Source: a virus
Lineage: Duplodnaviria; Caudoviricetes
IMG/VR virus record: IMGVR_UViG_3300038674_000234
Coordinates: 1 to 24,083 of that record
DNA length: 24,083 nt
Strand: one strand, 5' to 3'
The first letter of the stretch is position 1; every line of letters begins with the position of its first letter. Positions 16,921-24,083 of the stretch are shown here, one piece after another. The translations under genes were made by a program, and so were the position numbers. The notes beneath the pieces were generated by a model. That model was not told the origin of the DNA and made no database searches. It saw only the letters and a program-made list of their open reading frames with translations.

Positions 16921-17424
16921 TTGGAACTCCAAACAAAATGGTTTGCTGAAGAAACTCCTGTAAACGCTGTTAAAGCATCCGCAGAGATTGGGTCTGGAGA
17001 CAACGGGAAGGTGACAATAACATACGATAGCGTAGGTACAGAAGCAAACGAATATGAAGTAGCTGTTGTAATTGCAGAAGGGGCAAATAAAGCAATGTCT
17101 GCCGCATTCGCAAATGGTGTCATCACAGTTACTTTAGGCACGGATGCAGACAGTAATGTTGCAGCCGCTAAAAATACTGCTAAATTAATTGCTGAAAAAA
17201 TTTCAACACTTGATGGGTTTACGGCAACCCACAGCGGCGAAGGAACTAGTTCAATAAGTGACGCAACAACTGAAAATGTAGCGTTTGAAGGTGGGTTGTA
17301 TGCCACAGTTTGTCCTATTGGTGATGTGTGGCTTTATATTGGCACAACCTATTACTACTGTTCTAAACCGTGTAGTAAACATACTACAGACGCTTGGCAT
17401 ACTGTTGTATTTACAGCTATATAG
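16921..17424 (+). CDS. Ala/Thr/Gly-rich putative virion accessory protein
   Basis: TTG 16921 after SD AAGGAGTG; beta-rich ITVTLGTDADSNVAAAKNTA segment. Confidence 0.55.
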   Translation: MELQTKWFAEETPVNAVKASAEIGSGDNGKVTITYDSVGTEANEYEVAVVIAEGANKAMSAAFANGVITVTLGTDADSNVAAAKNTAKLIAEKISTLDGFTATHSGEGTSSISDATTENVAFEGGLYATVCPIGDVWLYIGTTYYYCSKPCSKHTTDAWHTVVFTAI

Positions 17425-17476
17425 CACTAAATTAACACAAAATTTATTTAGAAAGGAGGATTAATAATAATTAATT

Positions 17477-18538
17477 ATGGCAGATACAGAGTTAGATGTA
17501 AGTGGTATTGATTGGACATTTTATGAAACTAGATTAAATATTAACGGATCAACTCAGAGAGATAGAAATATCAATAATACAAAAAACGCTATAAAAAACA
17601 AGGTTATTAATTCTCCTTCTTGTGAAACAGTCACCGTCAATGGTGCTTCAAAGTCATTAATCATAATTGATACATCTAAAGATAATGTAAAAGATATTTC
17701 TTCAATTCCAGACGAAACATTCAGTGCCGGGGATGTCGTAGTTAGAGGTAGTTTAACTTGGTTAGTTACTGAAAGTGGAACAAACAGCATTGATCAGTGT
17801 ATAGGAAAAATGACACAATGCAACTACACCTTAAAATTTCAAGACGAAACAACAGGAGAAATCTTATCCTATCCAGCCATATTCTCAACAATTGGTCTTA
17901 CCAATACTGGTAATATTGATTACAGCAAACTTCTTCCAACACTTGAAGGTAAAATATCACTTAGGATAACCTTTGACGAATATACCAGCAAGTTAAGAGA
18001 AGGACGTAGGCTAATAATCGACAACCGTAGTAATATAGAACTTCCTAATACATATGTGATCAGCAATATGGATGTTGTTGAATATTATGGTGGAATTATA
18101 TTTATGACACTTGAAAGAGATGAGTACAGGCCAGATAATGATAGAAAAGACTTAGGCGTATGTGATTACTTTACACTACCTGTTATTCATACTGGCGAAG
18201 CTAGAATAACCTATACTGGTACGCTTGGAATAACAGTTGGATATAGTAAGACGTTTATAGGCAGATTCTATGAAATTGACGAAGATGGGATTGAGACTGA
18301 ACTTACCAATATAGTACCTGTGTGGTCACTTAATCATAGTTCAGGCTCAACTAGTAAGTTTACTACAATAATAGATAATCAAAACAAAACAATTAAGATT
18401 ACTGCGGCTGATGATGATTTGCTTATTAACACAACGCTTATATTAACACTGACTGAGTATGTTGATCCAGAAGACCCAGAGCCGCCTGATACTCCATTGA
18501 CAAATAGCATTACTATACCAATTAAAGCATTATACTAA
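17477..18538 (+). CDS. Head-closure/connector protein (YomX-like) with probable C-terminal Ig-like domain
   Basis: GDVV...WLV...MTQCNYTLKF motif, beta-rich C-terminus, SD GAAAGGAGG. Confidence 0.6.
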   Translation: MADTELDVSGIDWTFYETRLNINGSTQRDRNINNTKNAIKNKVINSPSCETVTVNGASKSLIIIDTSKDNVKDISSIPDETFSAGDVVVRGSLTWLVTESGTNSIDQCIGKMTQCNYTLKFQDETTGEILSYPAIFSTIGLTNTGNIDYSKLLPTLEGKISLRITFDEYTSKLREGRRLIIDNRSNIELPNTYVISNMDVVEYYGGIIFMTLERDEYRPDNDRKDLGVCDYFTLPVIHTGEARITYTGTLGITVGYSKTFIGRFYEIDEDGIETELTNIVPVWSLNHSSGSTSKFTTIIDNQNKTIKITAADDDLLINTTLILTLTEYVDPEDPEPPDTPLTNSITIPIKALY

Positions 18539-18567
18539 ATAGACTTAGGTGAGGTGAAATATATAGA

Positions 18568-19035
18568 TTGAAAACATTTCTTAAACAGTTTATGCCTTAC
18601 AAAAAAAAGATAATGCAGCTTCTTATTGGTAATTCTAATATAGTAAATGCTATTGATTCAACTAAGTCTGATGATCCGTATGAATTAATCTGGAATAACA
18701 TCTTCCCTACTCATAACGTTACAAATATAAATGATGGGGTAACGAGAGTTTATATTACTATTGATGTGTTTTCACCAAAAGTATATGACAAGACTTATAA
18801 AGATGTTTATGTTGTATTTAATGTATTTGCACATGATAGTAAACAACAAACTGGCGATGGTTATTGCGTGGTGGATTATATTCAGGGTGAGATTGATGAG
18901 ATGTTCAATGGTAATGAAAGCTTCGGGATAGGATATCTTGAATTAAAGAGTAATAATTTAATTAAGGTTAATGATCACTATAACGGTACATCAACTGCAT
19001 TTGTTGTGACTAATTTCAATAGATTAGAGTTATGA
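18568..19035 (+). CDS. Tail completion/terminator-like protein (YomW-like)
   Basis: 155 aa, IDEMFNG...GIGYL motif, synteny. Confidence 0.55.
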   Translation: MKTFLKQFMPYKKKIMQLLIGNSNIVNAIDSTKSDDPYELIWNNIFPTHNVTNINDGVTRVYITIDVFSPKVYDKTYKDVYVVFNVFAHDSKQQTGDGYCVVDYIQGEIDEMFNGNESFGIGYLELKSNNLIKVNDHYNGTSTAFVVTNFNRLEL

Positions 19036-19886
19036 ATATCAAGAATAATAAAAGTAAAATAATTTTTAATAAAGGTTTTCTATCTAGTGGCAAAGACTTA
19101 AAATTATCTGACAATGTGTATGTTCATCATCCTACAGTTGAAGATTATTGGTCACTTGGTAATGGGTTTGACTGCGAAGAAACGTATTGGAGTTATGTAA
19201 GCACTATTATGTGCGATCCGTATCAGAGCATGGTTGAACTAGATGATATGGGGCTGAATTATCAAGATTTATGTGCGTTTGATGTGTTTGTTATAAAGTG
19301 GCAAAATGTTATCAAAGTATATAATGAAAATAAAGAAGCGTTTGATGCTATTGGTTATGATCCGCTTACTAATATTAAGAATGCATTAAAGTTTTTTTTA
19401 GTTGGCAATCATGATTTTAATTTGGTTTATTTTAGTCAAGATGAACAGTATGTGTTGTTAGATGAGAATTCATATAATAGTGATACTGGTTATTATGAAT
19501 ATTATTTGACTAAAGATATGTTTAACAGAATGTCAGAATTCATAAAGCAAATTAATATGATTGACGAATCTTATAAGATTCGTCCCGCAAATGAGATGTT
19601 TAGAAAAATGCTCATTGAGGACACTAGAGAGGAATTAGAAAGACGTAGTAAGTATAAGAAAGATGATGAAGAATATAATTATATATCAACTTCTATTGAT
19701 ATAGTATGTTGTATTGGTAGTTCAGTAAATTATATAACTATTGGTCAATATCACATGTATCAATTACTAAAAACTAGCAAAGTTAAAATAAAGAAAATAC
19801 ATTATGATCAACTTATGTCTGGAGCATATGCTGGAACAGTTGATATAAAAAAAGTTAATAAGAAGGAACTAACTTGGATCGAATAG
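19032..19886 (+). CDS. Hypothetical tail-region protein (YomV-like)
   Basis: HHPTV...DPYQSMVELDDMG and C-terminal GAYAGTVD...LTW motifs; ATGA overlap; precedes the tail tube gene. Confidence 0.6.
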   Translation: MNIKNNKSKIIFNKGFLSSGKDLKLSDNVYVHHPTVEDYWSLGNGFDCEETYWSYVSTIMCDPYQSMVELDDMGLNYQDLCAFDVFVIKWQNVIKVYNENKEAFDAIGYDPLTNIKNALKFFLVGNHDFNLVYFSQDEQYVLLDENSYNSDTGYYEYYLTKDMFNRMSEFIKQINMIDESYKIRPANEMFRKMLIEDTREELERRSKYKKDDEEYNYISTSIDIVCCIGSSVNYITIGQYHMYQLLKTSKVKIKKIHYDQLMSGAYAGTVDIKKVNKKELTWIE

Positions 19887-19905
19887 ATTCAAGTTTTATT
19901 TTTTT
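19871..19905 (+). terminator. Putative intrinsic terminator immediately upstream of the major tail gene
   Basis: AACTTGGATC-GAATA-GATTCAAGTT followed by TTATTTTTTT. Confidence 0.6.
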
Positions 19906-19926
19906 GTAATAGGAGGCTACATTCTT

Positions 19927-20742
19927 ATGAAATATGGTCTAAAGAAAATCAAACGAGTTATTATTAATGATATCAAAACCAAGAAACATAAATGTACCAT
20001 AGTTGAAATTAAGTCAGGTTCTCTTGCTCAAGGGCAAGAAATTGTCTGGCTTGAAGGGCAGGACGGCTCCAGATTGGCCGGTTATGATACTACTAAAACA
20101 TCAACCTTAAATTTTGAGAGTGGTGTTATTAGTGTTGGTGTGTTGGAAACACAGACTGGAGGTACACTCAAAGCGGTTACAAATGGAACTAGTATTAAAC
20201 TCCGTGAATATCTTACGGCGGGTACTGGAGGCACAAGTTGTACAACTACATACCTCGCAAGTGGTGAAACTGGTAAAGAAATTCTTTGGATTTATCCAGA
20301 AGATGACACTGGTGATCCCGACAATGCTAATGCATACGCTCAAGCTGGAACAGCTTCTGCAACAGAGTTTTCATATGCAGCCGCAACAGGCGTGATCACT
20401 CTACCTACCGGAAAATTCGCTGAGGGTGACACGGTTATTGTTGATTACTATCCGACATTTGAGAGTTACAAAGAATTAGAGAATAATAATAGTAATTTCT
20501 CATTTACTGGCGAAGTTTTTGTGGACTGCTATATGACCGATCTTAGTACCCAAGCCGATGTTCCTGCGCAGATTTATTGTCCTGCCGGGAGAATCGGGGG
20601 AGCCTTCGATTTCAGCTTCGGTGACACTCCTGCGGTTCAGAGCGTTAGTATCGAGGCACTGGCGTCACAAGCCGCTGGTAAAGTGGGTCAAATGTGGGTA
20701 TTGCGTCTGTATGATTTGACAGAGGCGGATACTGCGTCCTAA
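19927..20742 (+). CDS. Major tail (tube) protein (YomU-like)
   Basis: 271 aa, T/G/A-rich, FDFSFGDTPAVQSVSIEAL C-terminal motif, SD AGGAGG, downstream hairpin. Confidence 0.75.
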   Translation: MKYGLKKIKRVIINDIKTKKHKCTIVEIKSGSLAQGQEIVWLEGQDGSRLAGYDTTKTSTLNFESGVISVGVLETQTGGTLKAVTNGTSIKLREYLTAGTGGTSCTTTYLASGETGKEILWIYPEDDTGDPDNANAYAQAGTASATEFSYAAATGVITLPTGKFAEGDTVIVDYYPTFESYKELENNNSNFSFTGEVFVDCYMTDLSTQADVPAQIYCPAGRIGGAFDFSFGDTPAVQSVSIEALASQAAGKVGQMWVLRLYDLTEADTAS

Positions 20743-20754
20743 TCTAGTTTAAAC

Positions 20755-20792
20755 AAAAAAAGAGAGTGGTGAAATATCCACTCTCTAATTTT
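20755..20792. terminator. Hairpin after the major tail gene, possibly bidirectional terminator
   Basis: AAAAAA-AGAGAGTGG-N8-CCACTCTCT-AATTTT. Confidence 0.6.
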
Positions 20793-20811
20793 ATAAAGTG
20801 AGATGTATCAA

Positions 20812-20976
20812 ATGTATGTAATTAGAAATCAAATAATGGCAACTTTCTTAATGAGTAAAGGATTTAGATTAATCAAATTAGATGTGGATAAATATAACCC
20901 AAATCGTAATGTATATTTATTTAATGACACACCTCAATTAAGAAATGCTATGAATGAATATATAAAAATAAAGTAA
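20812..20976 (+). CDS. Small DUF5659-like protein, 54 aa, missing from the ORF track
   Basis: MYVIRNQIMATFLMSKGFRLIKLDVDKYNPNRNVYLFNDTPQLRNAMNEYIKIK*; an alternative in-frame ATG lies at 20803. Confidence 0.75.
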   Translation: MYVIRNQIMATFLMSKGFRLIKLDVDKYNPNRNVYLFNDTPQLRNAMNEYIKIK

Positions 20977-20992
20977 CAAATGGAGGTATCAA

Positions 20993-22282
20993 ATGAAAGT
21001 TGTAAAAAGTTTTTATGCCTGGTGCATAGAAAATAATAGAGAAGATTTGTTAGATAGGTTTGACTATGAATTAAATAATGTTGATCCTAGTTTTATATCA
21101 TATGGATCAAATACAGGATACTATTTTAAATGCCCGAGAGGTATCCATGAGAGTGAAAATATAATAATAAATAAAATTACTTTATCTAATTCGCCAAGGG
21201 ATTTTTGTAGTAAATGCAGATCATTCTATCAGTGGTGCATTGATCATAATAGGAATGATTTGTTAGTCAGATGGGATTATAATAAAAATAAGTGTACGCC
21301 TTGGGACATTAAATATGCAACTAATAAAAAGTATTATTTCAAATGTCCAAGAAATATTCATCCATCTGAGCTTAAACAAATAAGCAAAATTACAACTAGA
21401 AATACCCCTTTAGATAAATGTAATATGTGCGGTTCAATCGCACAATGGGGAATAGACAATTTAGGCGATGATTTTTTAACGAAATATTGGTCTGAAAAGA
21501 ATGGGAATATTGATCCATGGTTTGTGCGATATGGTGAGAAAAAGTCATATTGGATTCAATGCCAAGAAAAATCATACCATGTTTATAAAATACCATTATG
21601 TAATTTTGTGAGAGGGGTAAGATGTAACTACTGCAATAGCAGGGGGTTTACTGTACATCCTTTTGATAGCTTGGGTGCAAAATACCCAGAGGTTAGTGAG
21701 CTTTGGAGCGAAAAAAACTTACATACTCCGTTTGAATTTACATTTAAGAGCAAGGAACAGGTTTACTGGAAGTGCGAAGCTGGGAAACATAAGGATTATT
21801 ATAGAGAAATAGCCAATTCAACTAAATATGAATTCAGATGTCCGGAATGTAGTTATGAAAGAAATATATCTTTCTTGCAGGAAAAAGTAAGCAACTATAT
21901 TTTAGATAACTATAATTATACCCTTCTTCATGAACACCACTGCACATTAGTTCCAAAGAATCCTAAAGACAACAGTAAAAATAACACATTACCTTTTGAT
22001 AATGAAGTCATAATAAATGACAAACATCACTTAATTATTGAAGTAATGGGAACTCAACATTATTTTTTGTCTGATTATACTGGTGGATGGGGTAACAAAT
22101 ATCTAACGCCAGAACAACAACTACATAAACGCAAGCTCTATGACCGCTATAAAAAATACATAGCTTGGGTAAACAAATATGAATATCTTGAAATTCCACA
22201 CTGGACAGAACGCGACGAATCCTACAAAACCCTAATAGACAACAAAATAGCCGAAATCTTATCAAAACAAAAATCAGCATAA
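20993..22282 (+). CDS. Free-standing homing-endonuclease-like protein: repeated zinc-ribbon (DUF4379-like) domains plus C-terminal PD-(D/E)XK nuclease
   Basis: Two SFYxWCIxxNRxDLLxRxDY...YYFKCPRxIHxSE repeats and two WSEKN...W.C...H...CxxC repeats; LPFDNEV...IIEVMGTQHY...DRYKK...YLEIP. Confidence 0.8.
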   Translation: MKVVKSFYAWCIENNREDLLDRFDYELNNVDPSFISYGSNTGYYFKCPRGIHESENIIINKITLSNSPRDFCSKCRSFYQWCIDHNRNDLLVRWDYNKNKCTPWDIKYATNKKYYFKCPRNIHPSELKQISKITTRNTPLDKCNMCGSIAQWGIDNLGDDFLTKYWSEKNGNIDPWFVRYGEKKSYWIQCQEKSYHVYKIPLCNFVRGVRCNYCNSRGFTVHPFDSLGAKYPEVSELWSEKNLHTPFEFTFKSKEQVYWKCEAGKHKDYYREIANSTKYEFRCPECSYERNISFLQEKVSNYILDNYNYTLLHEHHCTLVPKNPKDNSKNNTLPFDNEVIINDKHHLIIEVMGTQHYFLSDYTGGWGNKYLTPEQQLHKRKLYDRYKKYIAWVNKYEYLEIPHWTERDESYKTLIDNKIAEILSKQKSA

Positions 22283-22307
22283 TATAATTTTAATAAATCT
22301 AATTATA

Positions 22308-22388
22308 GGAGAGTAAAGACAAAAGAATAAATGTGGCTTGCAATAGTAAGACATACACAAAAAAATATGTCTTACTCTCCATTTTTTT
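22308..22388 (+). terminator. Terminator/attenuator-like structure with two alternative 5' arms
   Basis: TATGTCTTACTCTCC followed by ATTTTTTT can pair with AGTAAGACATA (22345-22355) or GGAGAGTAAAGACA (22308-22321). Confidence 0.55.
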
Positions 22389-22436
22389 ACGGCAAAACAT
22401 AAATAATCCAATAGAATGAAGGTTTGATTAACTAAC

Positions 22437-22571
22437 ATGAACCAAATAAAAGTAGGTACAAAAATTAATCATCTTACACCTGATGAACTAAAGAAAATTA
22501 GATTATCAGTAGACCCAGATGAAATGGGTTTTGAAGATGACAATGAAACAGAAGGTGTTGAGTCAGAGTGA
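22437..22571 (+). CDS. Small protein with acidic tail, 44 aa, coupled to the endolysin and missing from the ORF track
   Basis: MNQIKVGTKINHLTPDELKKIRLSVDPDEMGFEDDNETEGVESE*; GAAGG upstream; GTGA overlap with the amidase start. Confidence 0.55.
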   Translation: MNQIKVGTKINHLTPDELKKIRLSVDPDEMGFEDDNETEGVESE

Positions 22572-23377
22572 ATATTAACATTAAAAAGAAGATTTCACTT
22601 GTCAACTTTACAGATAAAAATGATATAAAACGCATTAAATATATCGTAATACATTATTTTGGTGGTTTAACTACGGCGGAAAACATTTCAGATTATTGGT
22701 ATGATACTTATGCTGGACAGTCTGCACATTACGCTGTTGATGAAAAAGGTATTATTCAAATTGTTGAAGACGAGGACATTAGTTGGCATTGTGGCGGAGG
22801 TGGAGTAGGTACGCTTAAAGGTATCTGCACCAATAGTAATAGTATTGGTATCGAGGTAAGGCCAAATAAAATAGATAAATCTACTGCTAAAGATGCTAGT
22901 AAAAAAGATTGGTATTTTGAAGAAGCAACAATGAAAAATCTAGTTGAACTTACAATATATCTAATGAAGAAATATAATATTGATATTAATCATGTTGTTA
23001 GGCATTTTGATATATCGGCAAAATGGTGTCCCAGACCATTCATGGGGGATGACACTAATACATATTATAATAAGTCTGGAAATCAGATGTGGAGTGAATT
23101 TAAAGTAAAGTTAATAAATATACCAGAAAGTGATGATGAAGACTTGAACATAGACAAACTAACAGAAGACCAAATATCTCAGCTCTGGGCAAAGCTATTA
23201 AAACCGCTTCAAGACAATGACAGTTCAACTTGGAGTGAAGTAAGCAGACAGTGGGCAATTCAAAATGGAATATTTAAAGGTGATGGTACTGGTAATTACC
23301 AATGGGAAACTCCCATGACAAGAGAAATGATGGCTGTGCTATTACATAATTTTGCAAAGTTTTTAGGGAAAGCATAA
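22568..23377 (+). CDS. Endolysin: N-acetylmuramoyl-L-alanine amidase (Amidase_2) with C-terminal SLH-like domain
   Basis: IVIHY, SAHYAVD, SWHCG, NSNSIGIE and RHFD...KWCP zinc-amidase motifs; WAIQNGIFKGDG...TREMMAVLLH. Confidence 0.9.
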   Translation: MNINIKKKISLVNFTDKNDIKRIKYIVIHYFGGLTTAENISDYWYDTYAGQSAHYAVDEKGIIQIVEDEDISWHCGGGGVGTLKGICTNSNSIGIEVRPNKIDKSTAKDASKKDWYFEEATMKNLVELTIYLMKKYNIDINHVVRHFDISAKWCPRPFMGDDTNTYYNKSGNQMWSEFKVKLINIPESDDEDLNIDKLTEDQISQLWAKLLKPLQDNDSSTWSEVSRQWAIQNGIFKGDGTGNYQWETPMTREMMAVLLHNFAKFLGKA

Positions 23378-23667
23378 TGTGTGAATCTTGCGAAAAGAAA
23401 AAGTTAGAGTTTTCTAAGAAGTTAATAAAAGATATACGTGCATTGCTTTGGATTGTAACAATAGGAGGCATTGGACTGGCTGTTCTCTGCATTTTTAAGG
23501 ATTATACTGCTGGGCTACCTTGGATCAGTGCGATGGTGGGTCTTCCTTGGAGCGCACATGGCGTTGTATGTTCTTTTTACTTAAATATGAGTAAAAGTGA
23601 TCATCGCGAAGGCGGTATAACATTTGAATCTGCTAAAGCAAATGATTTTATAGAACGAGATTGTTAA
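23377..23667 (+). CDS. Small two-TM membrane protein, holin-like
   Basis: LEFSKK followed by two hydrophobic segments; coupled to the amidase stop codon. Confidence 0.6.
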   Translation: MCESCEKKKLEFSKKLIKDIRALLWIVTIGGIGLAVLCIFKDYTAGLPWISAMVGLPWSAHGVVCSFYLNMSKSDHREGGITFESAKANDFIERDC

Positions 23668-23706
23668 ATTTTATAATTATAATAAATGAAAGGAATATCA
23701 AATTAA

Positions 23707-24024
23707 ATGACTATATTGGAAATTATTATTTCTATTCTTACTGGAATTGCAACGTGCATACCTCTCGTTATTAAATTAGTTCAGTACGTCCAAGTTGCAA
23801 CAAAGGAAAAAAATTGGATTAATCTACTTAAACTTCTTAATGATTTAATGGCTGAAGCAGAAACATTATATGAAACTGGAGCAGAAAGAAAGGTTTGGGT
23901 TTTAAGTATGATAAAAGCTTCTGCTAAATCAATTAATTATGATATTGATATTGATGTCATTAGTAAATTAATTGATGATATTATTGCGCTTACTAAGGTA
24001 GTTAATGTGCCTGAATCTAAATAA
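23707..24024 (+). CDS. Holin (LL-H-like, single N-terminal TM)
   Basis: N-terminal hydrophobic helix followed by AE...GAERKVWV...ISKLIDDII; lysis-cassette context. Confidence 0.7.
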   Translation: MTILEIIISILTGIATCIPLVIKLVQYVQVATKEKNWINLLKLLNDLMAEAETLYETGAERKVWVLSMIKASAKSINYDIDIDVISKLIDDIIALTKVVNVPESK

Positions 24025-24083
24025 ATGAAATACAAATACAACGATTACACAACAATAGTTAAATTAGAACATACTCTTTTTGA

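Larger units (their letters stand above)
1..24083 (+). mobile_element. Segment of an SPbeta-like phage/prophage (RNA polymerase, packaging, head, tail and lysis genes)
   Basis: Co-oriented RNAP-terminase-portal-protease-capsid-connector-tail gene order matches SPbeta yonO-yonA/yomZ-yomU. No host genes or att sites in the window. Confidence 0.93.

Noticed and set aside
898-20395. Alternative-frame + strand ORFs (898-1101, 6497-6688, 14121-14396, 20114-20395)
   Set aside because: Nested in or overlapping real genes, with composition typical of off-frame translation.
20734-20752. Programmed +1 frameshift at the end of the tail tube gene (TCC TAA)
   Set aside because: The +1 frame stops after four codons, so no extension domain is available.
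1650-23492. Minus-strand ORFs in the track (e.g. 1650-1934, 10287-10580, 16881-17306)
   Set aside because: They lie antisense to well-supported genes and have no recognisable motifs; shadow ORFs.
24025-24083. ORF starting at ATG 24025
   Set aside because: No SD and truncated by the window edge; cannot be supported.
1-24083. CRISPR array, tRNA genes or stop-codon reassignment
   Set aside because: No repeat-spacer array or cloverleaf noticed by eye. TAA, TAG and TGA all end genes at sensible positions.

Overview
AT-rich window of a large SPbeta-like siphophage or prophage of a Firmicute. The SLH-like anchor on the endolysin suggests a clostridial/S-layer host (inference). All credible genes are on the + strand. 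Gene order: YonO-like single-subunit RNA polymerase (DxDGD), small basic protein, YonJ-like metallophosphoesterase, acidic protein, Hsp20-like chaperone, candidate small terminase, large terminase, portal, prohead protease/scaffold, head decoration protein, major capsid, head-tail connectors, major tail protein, then amidase and two holin-like genes. Three free-standing homing-endonuclease-like genes interrupt the locus. Main observations: (1) five genes near the RNA polymerase appear to start at ATA or ACG behind good SD sequences; (2) two cassettes pair a small DUF5659-like gene with an endonuclease, and each repeats its own translation-initiation sequence; (3) an Hsp20 leader carries an anti-SD and alternative folds; (4) an attenuator-like RNA lies before the lysis genes; (5) a nested scaffold start lies in the protease gene. 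Family names come from motif recognition and synteny; no database search was run.
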